In this document: positions 1 through 8,699 of the stretch, one piece after another | How positions within the stretch are numbered: the stretch's first letter is position 1 | Layout of the letters: every line of letters begins with the position of its first letter | NCBI GenBank assembly: GCA_028822155.1 | Contig: JAPKEJ010000008.1 | Coordinates: 432-64,431, forward strand | Length of the DNA: 64,000 nt | DNA from: Porticoccaceae bacterium | Lineage (GTDB): Bacteria; Pseudomonadota; Gammaproteobacteria; Pseudomonadales; Porticoccaceae | Direction of reading: 5' to 3' | The notes under the pieces: model-generated | Database searches by the model: none | What the model was told of the DNA's origin: nothing | What the model saw: the letters and a program-made list of their open reading frames with translations, nothing else | Made by a program: the position numbers and the translations under genes

Positions 1-1786
1 CTTCTTGATAACGCATTTCTGCGGAATAAAACGAAATGGTAGCTGGGATAAGAAACCGATCTTTGCTGGCATCAATTGCCTGATAGGTAAATGCATGGCG
101 ATTGTAGCGCGCTTCTGAGTATCCCCAGGATGCTCCCTCACTTTCTCCTAAGGAAATACCCCCCAAAGAGTAGGGTGCGGTCATATCTGCAACATTAAAA
201 AGCTCTAACTTGACTAAGCCGTTTTCATCCTGTCCTAAGCCCATGAGTAGATCGTCATTGACCGCATGAAGAAAGTCCGAAAAGCCAGTCACCATTAGCT
301 CGCCGGCAATCATTGGATCTGTGGGTTTTGAGAGATCAACAACATACAGTGGATCAATACGTTCAAAGGTAACTAGGTAGAGTGCATCACCCATAAATCT
401 CACACCATAAAGAGCTTCATTGGGTTTTCCGATGGCTTCTGGGCGCTCAGAATTAGGCAAGGTGGAGACGAGATCAAGCTCAACATCTTCGGTATTTAAT
501 TTAAGTATAGAAAGTTTATGATCAACCGTATCTGACGAATCACCGGTTCTCTGTGTAGTCACTAGTCGCAGATATCCATCATGCTCATTTATTCTGAAAT
601 CTCTGTCACCGCTAAGATAAAGGGAGCCTTTAGCTGCCCCTGATCCTTGATATACCAAATTTTTCGTCAATTCGAAACGATGAATAATCGTTCGTGACGA
701 AGGCTCTGTCAGAGAGTCATCGTAATCAATTTGACTCAGGTAGATAGCATTTTGACTGACATAGATACCATCTGTGGGCTCTAGATAGCAGCGTGCTTTG
801 GCAATGCTGGGATCGACAAGGTCAACTGCAATAAGGATTGTCATAGTGGGATAACCGTTGACTGCGGGAGATAGTTCATGCTCGGAATCAGCAATGAGAC
901 AATCACCGGCATCAACTAAGGGGCTTGAAACCCCATCAATGGACATAGTGGGCAGCATATCTTCTAGCGATATTTCACTTAACAGACGCTCATTTTCAAT
1001 CTTTTGTGCGTCATTGGGATAATAAACAAAGCCTTCGATAATTGGAGTGTGGCGAGCGACGAGATAGACAATGTCACCTTTTTTACGGCTGTTGACGAAA
1101 CCACCTTCGAATTCAATATTTATCTGATTGGTAGGCGCAGTTACATCAGCGATATCATAAACGCTGAAAATAGTTGTTTGTGATTCCCAGTTGGCGACGC
1201 GGGTAAAGGAGTCACCATAGCCACCCCACCAGCCTGAGCTGCTTATAGCCACAAGTTGGGAGTCGTTTACATAGAGGCCCTCTACAGAAAGATTGTCACT
1301 TAAGGCTATAGTACTTACTTCTAAGGCACTGGCATCGCTGGGGTCTGTCGCTAAAATACGAATACTACGTTCATCATTTTCAGTAGGCATTTCGTCGGCC
1401 ACTGCCATTTCAGGCGCTAATGCATCTTCAAGTATAAAACAGCAATCCATCCCTCGACTGGGCGCTATAAATAGGTGGTTGCCATCATATTTAACAAAAT
1501 CATGCTCGTCGACATTAGCCTCTAGGGTGTAGGTTGTGGTGAAGTTGGTGCTCGCATCTACTGACGTAGCCTCCCAAACCTGGCCGCCCATACGCGCAGC
1601 GTTAGCTGCAGCGATCTGAGCAAATCCGCCACGCATGCTGTCCAGTAATACGCTGCTGTCACTAACCGGAATTAATAGGCCGGTGGCAACTGCTACTGGG
1701 GGCGGAGTGACTTCAGCTTTCTCACTGCCGCCGCCACAAGAAGTAACGACCAATAAGCAAAGAGCTAGAGAGTTAATGTTTTTCAT
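1..1786 (-). CDS. Secreted beta-propeller domain lipoprotein (Beta_propel-like family), runs off the left window edge
   Basis: Translated by hand; not in the ORF track because it has no stop in the window. MKNINSLALCLLVVTSCGGGSEK gives a lipoprotein-like signal. Motifs VDEHDFVKYDG, FRINEHDGYLRLVTT, GKPNEALYGVRF, YLVTFERIDPLYVVDLS, GELMVTGFSDFLH. In-frame upstream ATGs at 1795 and 1801. Confidence 0.8.
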   Translation of the reverse strand, partial: MKNINSLALCLLVVTSCGGGSEKAEVTPPPVAVATGLLIPVSDSSVLLDSMRGGFAQIAAANAARMGGQVWEATSVDASTNFTTTYTLEANVDEHDFVKYDGNHLFIAPSRGMDCCFILEDALAPEMAVADEMPTENDERSIRILATDPSDASALEVSTIALSDNLSVEGLYVNDSQLVAISSSGWWGGYGDSFTRVANWESQTTIFSVYDIADVTAPTNQINIEFEGGFVNSRKKGDIVYLVARHTPIIEGFVYYPNDAQKIENERLLSEISLEDMLPTMSIDGVSSPLVDAGDCLIADSEHELSPAVNGYPTMTILIAVDLVDPSIAKARCYLEPTDGIYVSQNAIYLSQIDYDDSLTEPSSRTIIHRFELTKNLVYQGSGAAKGSLYLSGDRDFRINEHDGYLRLVTTQRTGDSSDTVDHKLSILKLNTEDVELDLVSTLPNSERPEAIGKPNEALYGVRFMGDALYLVTFERIDPLYVVDLSKPTDPMIAGELMVTGFSDFLHAVNDDLLMGLGQDENGLVKLELFNVADMTAPYSLGGISLGESEGASWGYSEARYNRHAFTYQAIDASKDRFLIPATISFYSAEMRYQE

Positions 1787-2162
1787 TAGGTACATAACCA
1801 TATCCGATATTTTGTGAATAGAGCAATACGACTAAAATGATCACCCGCAATATGTGTACTTATAATAGCAAAAATTGTCCCACCGTTAGTGACTCAGATT
1901 AAATGATTTTTTGTAATAGTAAAAAGGAGATGTAATTTTTTGCAGTTTGCGACTTATAGCTCAACACCCCATCCAGTCAAATCAGGGCTAGATTGAGGTG
2001 GCCCCGACACTTCATAAGTCCTTCTATTCGGTATTGACTCAAAGTCTCTCATTTAGATAAAGGTAAGCCTCAGAAGCTTTGTTATGATCCAGATTTGACT
2101 AGATCGACGATTTGGTTATTATTGGTGTAAAACACTAACAATTATAAAGGATCAAAAGCCCA

Positions 2163-3647
2163 ATGCTCATCCTACTAAATCGTTCCGTTAAGTACCTTGC
2201 CATCATTACCCTTAGCCTCTGCATGATTGGTGTTTCATCCGCACAATCAGATAGAGCCGAAGATATATCCATCTTAGACGTTGATGCGGATGGTGATGTC
2301 GATGCTTTAACTGATGGTCTTTTGTTGTTGAGATCAATGTTTGGTTTAACAGATGATGCATTAGCAACTGGAGTGGTTGACTTAACGAATTGTACTGAAT
2401 GTGACGCTACTGGAATTGATTCCTATATATCTACTATTAAGGGCACCACTTACGGTGGATTAACTTCTGGTACTGGCCCCGCAGGCCCTCAAGGAGAAAA
2501 AGGAGAAAAAGGCGATACAGGTGCAACGGGCGCTGCTGGTGCAGCAGGTGCTGATGGTTCAGATGGCGCAGTAGGATCACCAGGTGCCACTGGTGCAGCA
2601 GGTGCTGATGGTGTAGCAGGTGCTGATGGGTCAGATGGCGCAGCAGGAGTTGGCGGCAGTGTCACAGAACTGAGTGATGCATTGGTAGAAGATAACTCTA
2701 TGTACATTGGTAATGATCCATCGGCAACGACCTCAACAGCAGAGTACAATATTGCGATTGGAACGACTGCATTAGAATCTATTACAACGGGCGATAATAA
2801 TACGGCTATTGGCCATGATGCCTTATCTGATAACACCGAAGGCTATTGGAACACAGCCTCTGGTAATTTTGCTTTAGGTTTCAACGATACTGGGTTTAGG
2901 AACACAGCTTCTGGTTATGCAGCGTTATATTTAAACTTCACCGGTGAGAGAAACACAGCCACTGGCGCTTTGGCTCTTTATAGCAACAGTGTAGGTACCG
3001 ATAACACAGCAACTGGCTCCGTCGCGCTGTATTACAATACTGAAGGCTATGGTAACGCAGCCACTGGTGCAGGGGCGCTGTTTAATAATGATACCGGTAT
3101 TTATAATACAGCCACTGGGGTAAATGCTCTATTAGCTAATACAACAGGTACTTACAATACTGCTATCGGTTATCAAGCTGATGTTGCTTCGGAAAATTTA
3201 ACTAATGCCACCGCTATTGGAAACGGGGCTTCTGTTAGTGAAAGCAATAAAATAAGACTTGGCGATTCAAATGTCGTTGTCATTGAGGGGCAAGTAGCTT
3301 TTACTAACGTATCCGACAGAAGGTTAAAGAAAGATATTACAAACACCAAATATGGTTTACAGACAATATTAGAGTTAGTGCCTGTTGATTATCAATTGAA
3401 ATCAAATGATCTTTTTCAAGTTGGCTTTATAGCCCAAGATCTGAAGCCTATTGTTCCAGAAGCTGTTACGGGCATTGAGGGCGATTTAGACAAAGGTGAG
3501 ACTTTAGGTGTGACTTATTCAACGCTGATTCCTGTCCTGACTAAAGCCATTCAAGAGCAACAGGCGCTGATTCAAAGCCAAAACAAAGTGATACAGCAAC
3601 TCCAAAAAGACATGACAATCCTTAAACAAAAAGTTGGTATGGATTGA
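2163..3647 (+). CDS. Secreted trimeric fibre protein: signal peptide, DVDADG-DALTDG domain, collagen G-X-Y repeats, 17-aa beta-roll repeats, C-terminal peptidase S74 (intramolecular chaperone) domain with coiled coil
   Basis: Hydrophobic N-terminus ending VSSA. 20 G-X-Y triplets. NTAxGxxAL repeats. SDRRLKKDI and GFIAQDL motifs. Terminal AIQEQQALI coiled coil. Confidence 0.8.
   Translation: MLILLNRSVKYLAIITLSLCMIGVSSAQSDRAEDISILDVDADGDVDALTDGLLLLRSMFGLTDDALATGVVDLTNCTECDATGIDSYISTIKGTTYGGLTSGTGPAGPQGEKGEKGDTGATGAAGAAGADGSDGAVGSPGATGAAGADGVAGADGSDGAAGVGGSVTELSDALVEDNSMYIGNDPSATTSTAEYNIAIGTTALESITTGDNNTAIGHDALSDNTEGYWNTASGNFALGFNDTGFRNTASGYAALYLNFTGERNTATGALALYSNSVGTDNTATGSVALYYNTEGYGNAATGAGALFNNDTGIYNTATGVNALLANTTGTYNTAIGYQADVASENLTNATAIGNGASVSESNKIRLGDSNVVVIEGQVAFTNVSDRRLKKDITNTKYGLQTILELVPVDYQLKSNDLFQVGFIAQDLKPIVPEAVTGIEGDLDKGETLGVTYSTLIPVLTKAIQEQQALIQSQNKVIQQLQKDMTILKQKVGMD
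2475..2654 (+). repeat. Collagen-coding repeat with internal DNA duplications
   Basis: ggtgcagcaggtgctgatggttcagatggcgcagtagga (2538-2576) recurs nearly identically at 2610-2648, with a partial copy at 2592. Confidence 0.85.
2748..3155 (+). repeat. Eight 51-bp (17-aa) degenerate coding repeats, NTAxGxxALxxNxxGxx
   Basis: Read directly from the translation, NIAIGTTALESITTGDN through NTATGVNALLANTTGTY. Confidence 0.85.
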
Positions 3648-3752
3648 AATTAAACCCAATTCAAAACGCCTTGGTCGCTGGCTGTGTGTCAGCTGTTTTA
3701 GGTGAGTTGTATTAACAGGTTAATATGTTTTATCATCAATTCTTTATTGTAA

Positions 3753-4406
3753 TTGAAAGTAAACGTTGGGAGTTACCTTTTGGAGAGTCTTACAGGAGAG
3801 CAGCTTAGGCTAGTCGTTATTGTTTATACATCAGCGCTTGTTCCCTTAGTTCTTATTCCTTTCTTGCATTTACGCAAACGGATTCCTTCCTGGGTTTTAC
3901 CTGTTTACATAGCAACGTTTGTCGTCTGCGCATTGGGCTGGGAAATTTGGTTTAACTATGGTGTCGCCTTTGGTGACTCAGTGGTTGATCGGCGAGCGAT
4001 CGCAATAACTCAGAGAATACCGTTACATCTTAATTGGATACTCAATTCCTTGGCTGACGCTGGAACCATCTGTTGCGGTGGTCTATTACTAGTCTGGATG
4101 GCTAATGGACGTCAGGTAGGTGTCTTTAGAGACTGGAGTTGGTCTGTACTGTGGTTTTTGATGCTAATTTTTGTGGCTCAAAATATTCTCGTAGAAATCT
4201 TCCTTTACCATGATCAATTGTCAGTGGATAAATCGTTATCTTGGGCACCTTTGTCGCCTTTGGGGTCATGGTTTAATCCAGTGTTTTTCCATTTTAATGA
4301 AAGAACGCTCAGCTTTCAAAGTCAGATTACCTGGGTGATTGTGACTCCACTTTTTTATGCGTGGGTACTAAGGTGTGTGCGTAAAAAAGAGAGACCGACC
4401 GCTTAA
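3753..4406 (+). CDS. Integral membrane protein of unknown function (about 5 TM segments)
   Basis: Several hydrophobic helices and a GWEIWFNYG motif. The start is uncertain and may be the TTG at 3780. Confidence 0.6.
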   Translation: MKVNVGSYLLESLTGEQLRLVVIVYTSALVPLVLIPFLHLRKRIPSWVLPVYIATFVVCALGWEIWFNYGVAFGDSVVDRRAIAITQRIPLHLNWILNSLADAGTICCGGLLLVWMANGRQVGVFRDWSWSVLWFLMLIFVAQNILVEIFLYHDQLSVDKSLSWAPLSPLGSWFNPVFFHFNERTLSFQSQITWVIVTPLFYAWVLRCVRKKERPTA

Positions 4407-4727
4407 CTGGGTTCATCTAACAACTCCCAAAAGGCCTTGTGAGGCTTGTTATTACTGCCATTAACTGCAGTCATAGATAACCATCCAAACGTTTTAGATG
4501 CCATCTGTTACTCCTAATCGATGCGTTCAGTGGGGACTATATGGCTCTAAAGTCTAGCCGTCCCCAACATCGCTCAAACCCCAGCACAAAATAAACATCC
4601 ATAGCAGCGCCATGACCGGCAGATACGCCTTTAAAACAGGCCTTTTTTTACTAAAATATTATTGTAGCTATTATTCTCAAGTTCATATATTTTACGGATT
4701 ACGTGAACATTTGATTTGAGAAAAACT

Positions 4728-6269
4728 ATGACCAGACGAAGCGGTGGACGTAAATCTAAAGTAGCTATTCGAACAGCTCCATTAACAGAAGAAAAAAAAC
4801 CCATTCATCCAGGTGAATTAGGCGGTCATTATAAACCGTTTAAAAATGATGATATGGAAGCCGTAGTAGAGAATATATATCGCATACTAGAAGAAATAGG
4901 CTTTAATCAAGCAACACCTCATTGCATAAAAACGTGTACGGAATATGGTGCGATATTAGGCGAAGATGGCCGTTTAAGGATGCCGCGGGAAATAGTTGAC
5001 AAAGCCATCGAATCCAGCAATCGCAATCTGATCCTTCATGGGCAGGACCCCTCTAATGATTTACAGATAAGTGGCAGCCGAGTACATTTCTCCACAGGTG
5101 GTGCAGCAGTTATGATCGCTGACTCCGAAGACAAAACTTACCGCGATTCAACGGCTCAAGATTTATATGATATGGCCAGAATTGTAGATACCTGTGACAA
5201 CATCCATATATTTCAACGGACTTGTGTATTGAGAGATATTGAAGATGTCTATGCGATGGAGCTCAATACCACCTATAACGCGATCATGGGCACAAAAAAA
5301 CATGTAGGTGCTAGTTGGACTGATTCTCGTAACCTAGAAAAAACACTCAAACTTCTTCACGTGGTTGCTGGCAGTGAAGAAGCCTGGCGAGCTAGACCTT
5401 TTGTGAGTCAATCTAACTGCTTTGTGGTCCCGCCCATGAAATTTGCTGAAGAATCCCTTGAGTGCCTTCGAATTGCAGTAGAGGGCGGGATGCCTGTTCT
5501 ATTGTTGTCTGCGGGCCAGGCTGGCGCCACGGCACCACCCTGTCTTGCAGGGACTGTGTCTCAAGCATGGGCTGAATGTCTTGGTGGTTTAGTCTACCTA
5601 AATGCCATAAAACCAGGCGCACCCGCAATATTGGGTACCTGGCCTTTTGTCTCTGACTTGCGCACTGGTGCTATGAGCGGGGGCTCTCCTGAACAAGGTA
5701 TTTTATCTGCAGCCTGTGCGCAAGTAGGGCAATATTTTAATTTGCCAATGGGGACCGGCGCAGGAATGTCAGATTCGAAATTACCTGATTTTCAAGGAGG
5801 TGCTGAGCATGCTTCTAATGTGGCCGTAACGGCACTATCTGGCGCGAACATCATTTACGAGTCAGCAGGGATGTATGCCAGCCTTTTGAGCGTTTGCCCT
5901 GAAAGTCTATTGCTCGATAACGACGTTTTAGGTGGATGTATGAGGATGGTGAAAGGCCTTGCAGTAAATGAAGAGACCTTAGGTTTTGATGTTATTAAGG
6001 ATGTTTGTTTAAACCTAAAAGGTCATTATTTGGGGTCAAGCCAAACGCTTGACGTTATGCAAACTGAATATATTTATCCGGAATCTTATAATCGTCTCAG
6101 TCCAGGAGACTGGCATGATGCTGGCAAACCTGAAGCTATCGAGATGGCAGTTAAAAAAACAAAAGAAATTCTTGCAAGCCATTATCCGAAACACATTAGT
6201 GATGACGTTGATAATAAAATTCGTGAAGAATTCCCGATCTTTCTGAGTAAAGAAGCCATAGGTAGGTAG
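4728..6269 (+). CDS. mttB: Trimethylamine methyltransferase (MttB) superfamily protein, non-pyrrolysine (MtgB/quaternary-amine type)
   Basis: Motifs ILEEIG, QAGATAP, SDLRTGAMSGGSPE, GAGMSDSKLPDFQGGAE, GHYLG. Likely start MTRRSGGRK at 4728. Confidence 0.9.
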   Translation: MTRRSGGRKSKVAIRTAPLTEEKKPIHPGELGGHYKPFKNDDMEAVVENIYRILEEIGFNQATPHCIKTCTEYGAILGEDGRLRMPREIVDKAIESSNRNLILHGQDPSNDLQISGSRVHFSTGGAAVMIADSEDKTYRDSTAQDLYDMARIVDTCDNIHIFQRTCVLRDIEDVYAMELNTTYNAIMGTKKHVGASWTDSRNLEKTLKLLHVVAGSEEAWRARPFVSQSNCFVVPPMKFAEESLECLRIAVEGGMPVLLLSAGQAGATAPPCLAGTVSQAWAECLGGLVYLNAIKPGAPAILGTWPFVSDLRTGAMSGGSPEQGILSAACAQVGQYFNLPMGTGAGMSDSKLPDFQGGAEHASNVAVTALSGANIIYESAGMYASLLSVCPESLLLDNDVLGGCMRMVKGLAVNEETLGFDVIKDVCLNLKGHYLGSSQTLDVMQTEYIYPESYNRLSPGDWHDAGKPEAIEMAVKKTKEILASHYPKHISDDVDNKIREEFPIFLSKEAIGR

Positions 6270-6278
6270 AAAAGATAA

Positions 6279-8696
6279 ATGAAATCAACTGCACAGGTAG
6301 TCATTGTTGGAGGCGGGTCACTTGGTGTAAGCCTTCTTTATCATTTAACAGAAGAAGGTTGGACTGATGTAATTCTTGTAGAAAAAGGCGAGCTTACTAG
6401 CGGTTCTACTTGGCATGCAGCTGGATTGTGTTCGAATTTTATCGGCAATATGACCGTTGCAAAAATTCACAATTATTCCATCGAATTATATGACCAAATA
6501 CTCCCTAAGTTAAGTGGCACTCCATCAGCTTTTCATAAGTGCGGAAGCCTTCGAGTTGGCTACAGTGAACTCGAAGAAGAGTGGTTCAAAAACCTTTTAA
6601 GCCGCTCAAAAAATGTCCCCTGTGAATTTAATATCATATCAAAACAAGAGGCTGAAAAACTTCACCCTTTTATGAATTTCGATGATGCCAGAATAATAGT
6701 CAACACCCCCAATGATGGACACGTTGATCCCTATTCGGTTGTCATGACCATGTCACAACTTGCCACCTCAAGAGGAGCAAGCATAAGTCGCTTTAATCGA
6801 GTGCTAGAAATAAATAATCAGCCCAATGGTGAATGGGAAGTTAAGACTGAGAAAGGAACAATAATCGCAGAACATGTGGTTAATGCTGCCGGATGTTTTG
6901 CCCGTGAAGTAGGCGCAATGGTTGGCGCAGATATTCCTATAATCAATCTCGAGCACCAATATTTGATTACTGAAAACCACCCTGCATTGAAAGAACTTGA
7001 CCATGAATTACCTGTTTGTAGAGATTCATATTGTTCATCTTATTTAAGACAAGAGGGGCAGGGGCTTTTAGTTGGGCCATATGAGACTTTTGGTGCAAAG
7101 CCGTGGGCTCTCGATGGAATGGATTGGAGTTTTGATAGAGGTCTATTTCCAGGTGATCTTGAGAGGTTAATGCCCTTTTTAGATCGTTGTATGGAGCGAA
7201 TGCCAATCTTCGGCGAGGCTGGTATTAAAACTGTGATCAACGGCCCCATTACTCATACTCCTGATGATAATGTTCTGGCTGGTCCTCAGGCGGGCCTCCG
7301 GAATTTTTGGAATTTATGTGGCTCAAGTATTGGCATCGCACAAGGGGGCGTAGGTAAGTATCTTGCGCAATGGATGGTCCATGGGCAAACAGAATTGAAT
7401 ATGGCTCCAGTTGATAGTAGACGTTTTGGCGATTGGGCAGACAGAGAATATTGCACAACTAAAGGGATCGAGTCCTATGAGGTGATGTATACCGAAATGG
7501 GTGCTAATGAGAATCGTCAGCACGGGAGAGTTCGTCGAACCAGTCCCCTTTATGCAATGCTCGCCAATAAAGGGGCGATACATGGCGTAGTCGCAGGTTA
7601 CGAGAAACCCCTATGGTTCAAAACAAAATCCATTGATCATGAATCACTCACATGGAAAAGAAGTGATGCACATCCAGTCGTCGCGGATGAATGCAAAGCA
7701 GTCCAAAATAATGCAGGAATTATAGATATTTCAGGTTCGTCAAAATTTGAGATTACCGGCAAAGACGCCGTGGCATTTCTTAACCACCTTTCTTGCAACA
7801 AGTTACCTCCCAAAGATGGCTCTCTAGGCTTGACACTTTTTCATGCGCCTAATGGTGGAATTATGACCGAGCAATCAATTACGCGCATAAATGAGACTCT
7901 TTTTTATCTAGTTGGTCCAATTATGTCTGAATTTCGTGATCAGCATTGGATGGAATCAAATGCCGTCAATTTTGATATAGACATTATCAATAAAACTGAA
8001 AAGATCGGCAGTCTCTTGATCACGGGGCCAAAATCTAGGGAAATATTACAACAACTAACCGAAGATGATTTATCTAACAATTCATTTCCTTGGTTAAGCT
8101 GCAAGAACATCACAATTGACACTGCAACAGTCCGGGTTATAAGGGTGTCTTATGCAGGAGAATTAGGTTATGAGCTACATATGCCTAGTTATCAATTATT
8201 GTCCATATATGAGTCTCTTTATAGAGTTGGACAAGCCTTAGGTCTCAAAGATTTCGGTGGATACGCATTTAACTCGATGCGTATGGAGAAAGGGTATCGT
8301 TCTTGGGGTAGCGAATTCACTGAGGAAATAAGTGGTATTGAAGCTGGAATGGAACGCTTTATCGATACCAGCAGAGATTTCATTGGTGTAGAAAATATTA
8401 AAGAAAGACAATCCGCGGGCATAAACATCAAACTTGCTTATCTTGTTTTTGATGACGATATAGCCAGCGAATGCTTTGGCAATGAAGCGGTATACCAAGA
8501 GGGAAAATTAGTAGGTTTAACAACCGGCGGCGCATTTGGACATCGCGTCGGGAAAAGCCTTGCTTTTGCTTACATAAATCCAGCCCTAGTTTTTAAAGGT
8601 TCAAAGCTGCAGGTATTGACCACAGCAGGGGAAAGGAACTGCCACGTCGAAATTGAACCGGCATATGACCCAGAAAACCACAAATTACGAGGCTAA
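6279..8696 (+). CDS. GcvT-family FAD-dependent oxidoreductase (dimethylglycine dehydrogenase-like)
   Basis: VVIVGGG Rossmann motif, TSGSTWHAAG covalent-flavin His motif, NGPITHTPD, C-terminal GcvT domain (SYAGELGYE, RMEKGY). Confidence 0.9.
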   Translation: MKSTAQVVIVGGGSLGVSLLYHLTEEGWTDVILVEKGELTSGSTWHAAGLCSNFIGNMTVAKIHNYSIELYDQILPKLSGTPSAFHKCGSLRVGYSELEEEWFKNLLSRSKNVPCEFNIISKQEAEKLHPFMNFDDARIIVNTPNDGHVDPYSVVMTMSQLATSRGASISRFNRVLEINNQPNGEWEVKTEKGTIIAEHVVNAAGCFAREVGAMVGADIPIINLEHQYLITENHPALKELDHELPVCRDSYCSSYLRQEGQGLLVGPYETFGAKPWALDGMDWSFDRGLFPGDLERLMPFLDRCMERMPIFGEAGIKTVINGPITHTPDDNVLAGPQAGLRNFWNLCGSSIGIAQGGVGKYLAQWMVHGQTELNMAPVDSRRFGDWADREYCTTKGIESYEVMYTEMGANENRQHGRVRRTSPLYAMLANKGAIHGVVAGYEKPLWFKTKSIDHESLTWKRSDAHPVVADECKAVQNNAGIIDISGSSKFEITGKDAVAFLNHLSCNKLPPKDGSLGLTLFHAPNGGIMTEQSITRINETLFYLVGPIMSEFRDQHWMESNAVNFDIDIINKTEKIGSLLITGPKSREILQQLTEDDLSNNSFPWLSCKNITIDTATVRVIRVSYAGELGYELHMPSYQLLSIYESLYRVGQALGLKDFGGYAFNSMRMEKGYRSWGSEFTEEISGIEAGMERFIDTSRDFIGVENIKERQSAGINIKLAYLVFDDDIASECFGNEAVYQEGKLVGLTTGGAFGHRVGKSLAFAYINPALVFKGSKLQVLTTAGERNCHVEIEPAYDPENHKLRG

Positions 8697-8699
8697 ATA

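Noticed and set aside
2163-3647. Prophage, suggested by the tail-fibre/S74 domain
   Set aside because: No integrase, capsid, terminase or other tail genes nearby, and the protein has a signal peptide.
3648-4500. Integron attC-like sites around the membrane-protein gene (ATCTAAC near 4415)
   Set aside because: No well-placed GTTRRRY partner, no repeated attC family and no intI.
4728-6269. Pyrrolysine recoding in mttB
   Set aside because: No in-frame TAG inside the ORF. The equivalent position is Met and there are no pyl genes.
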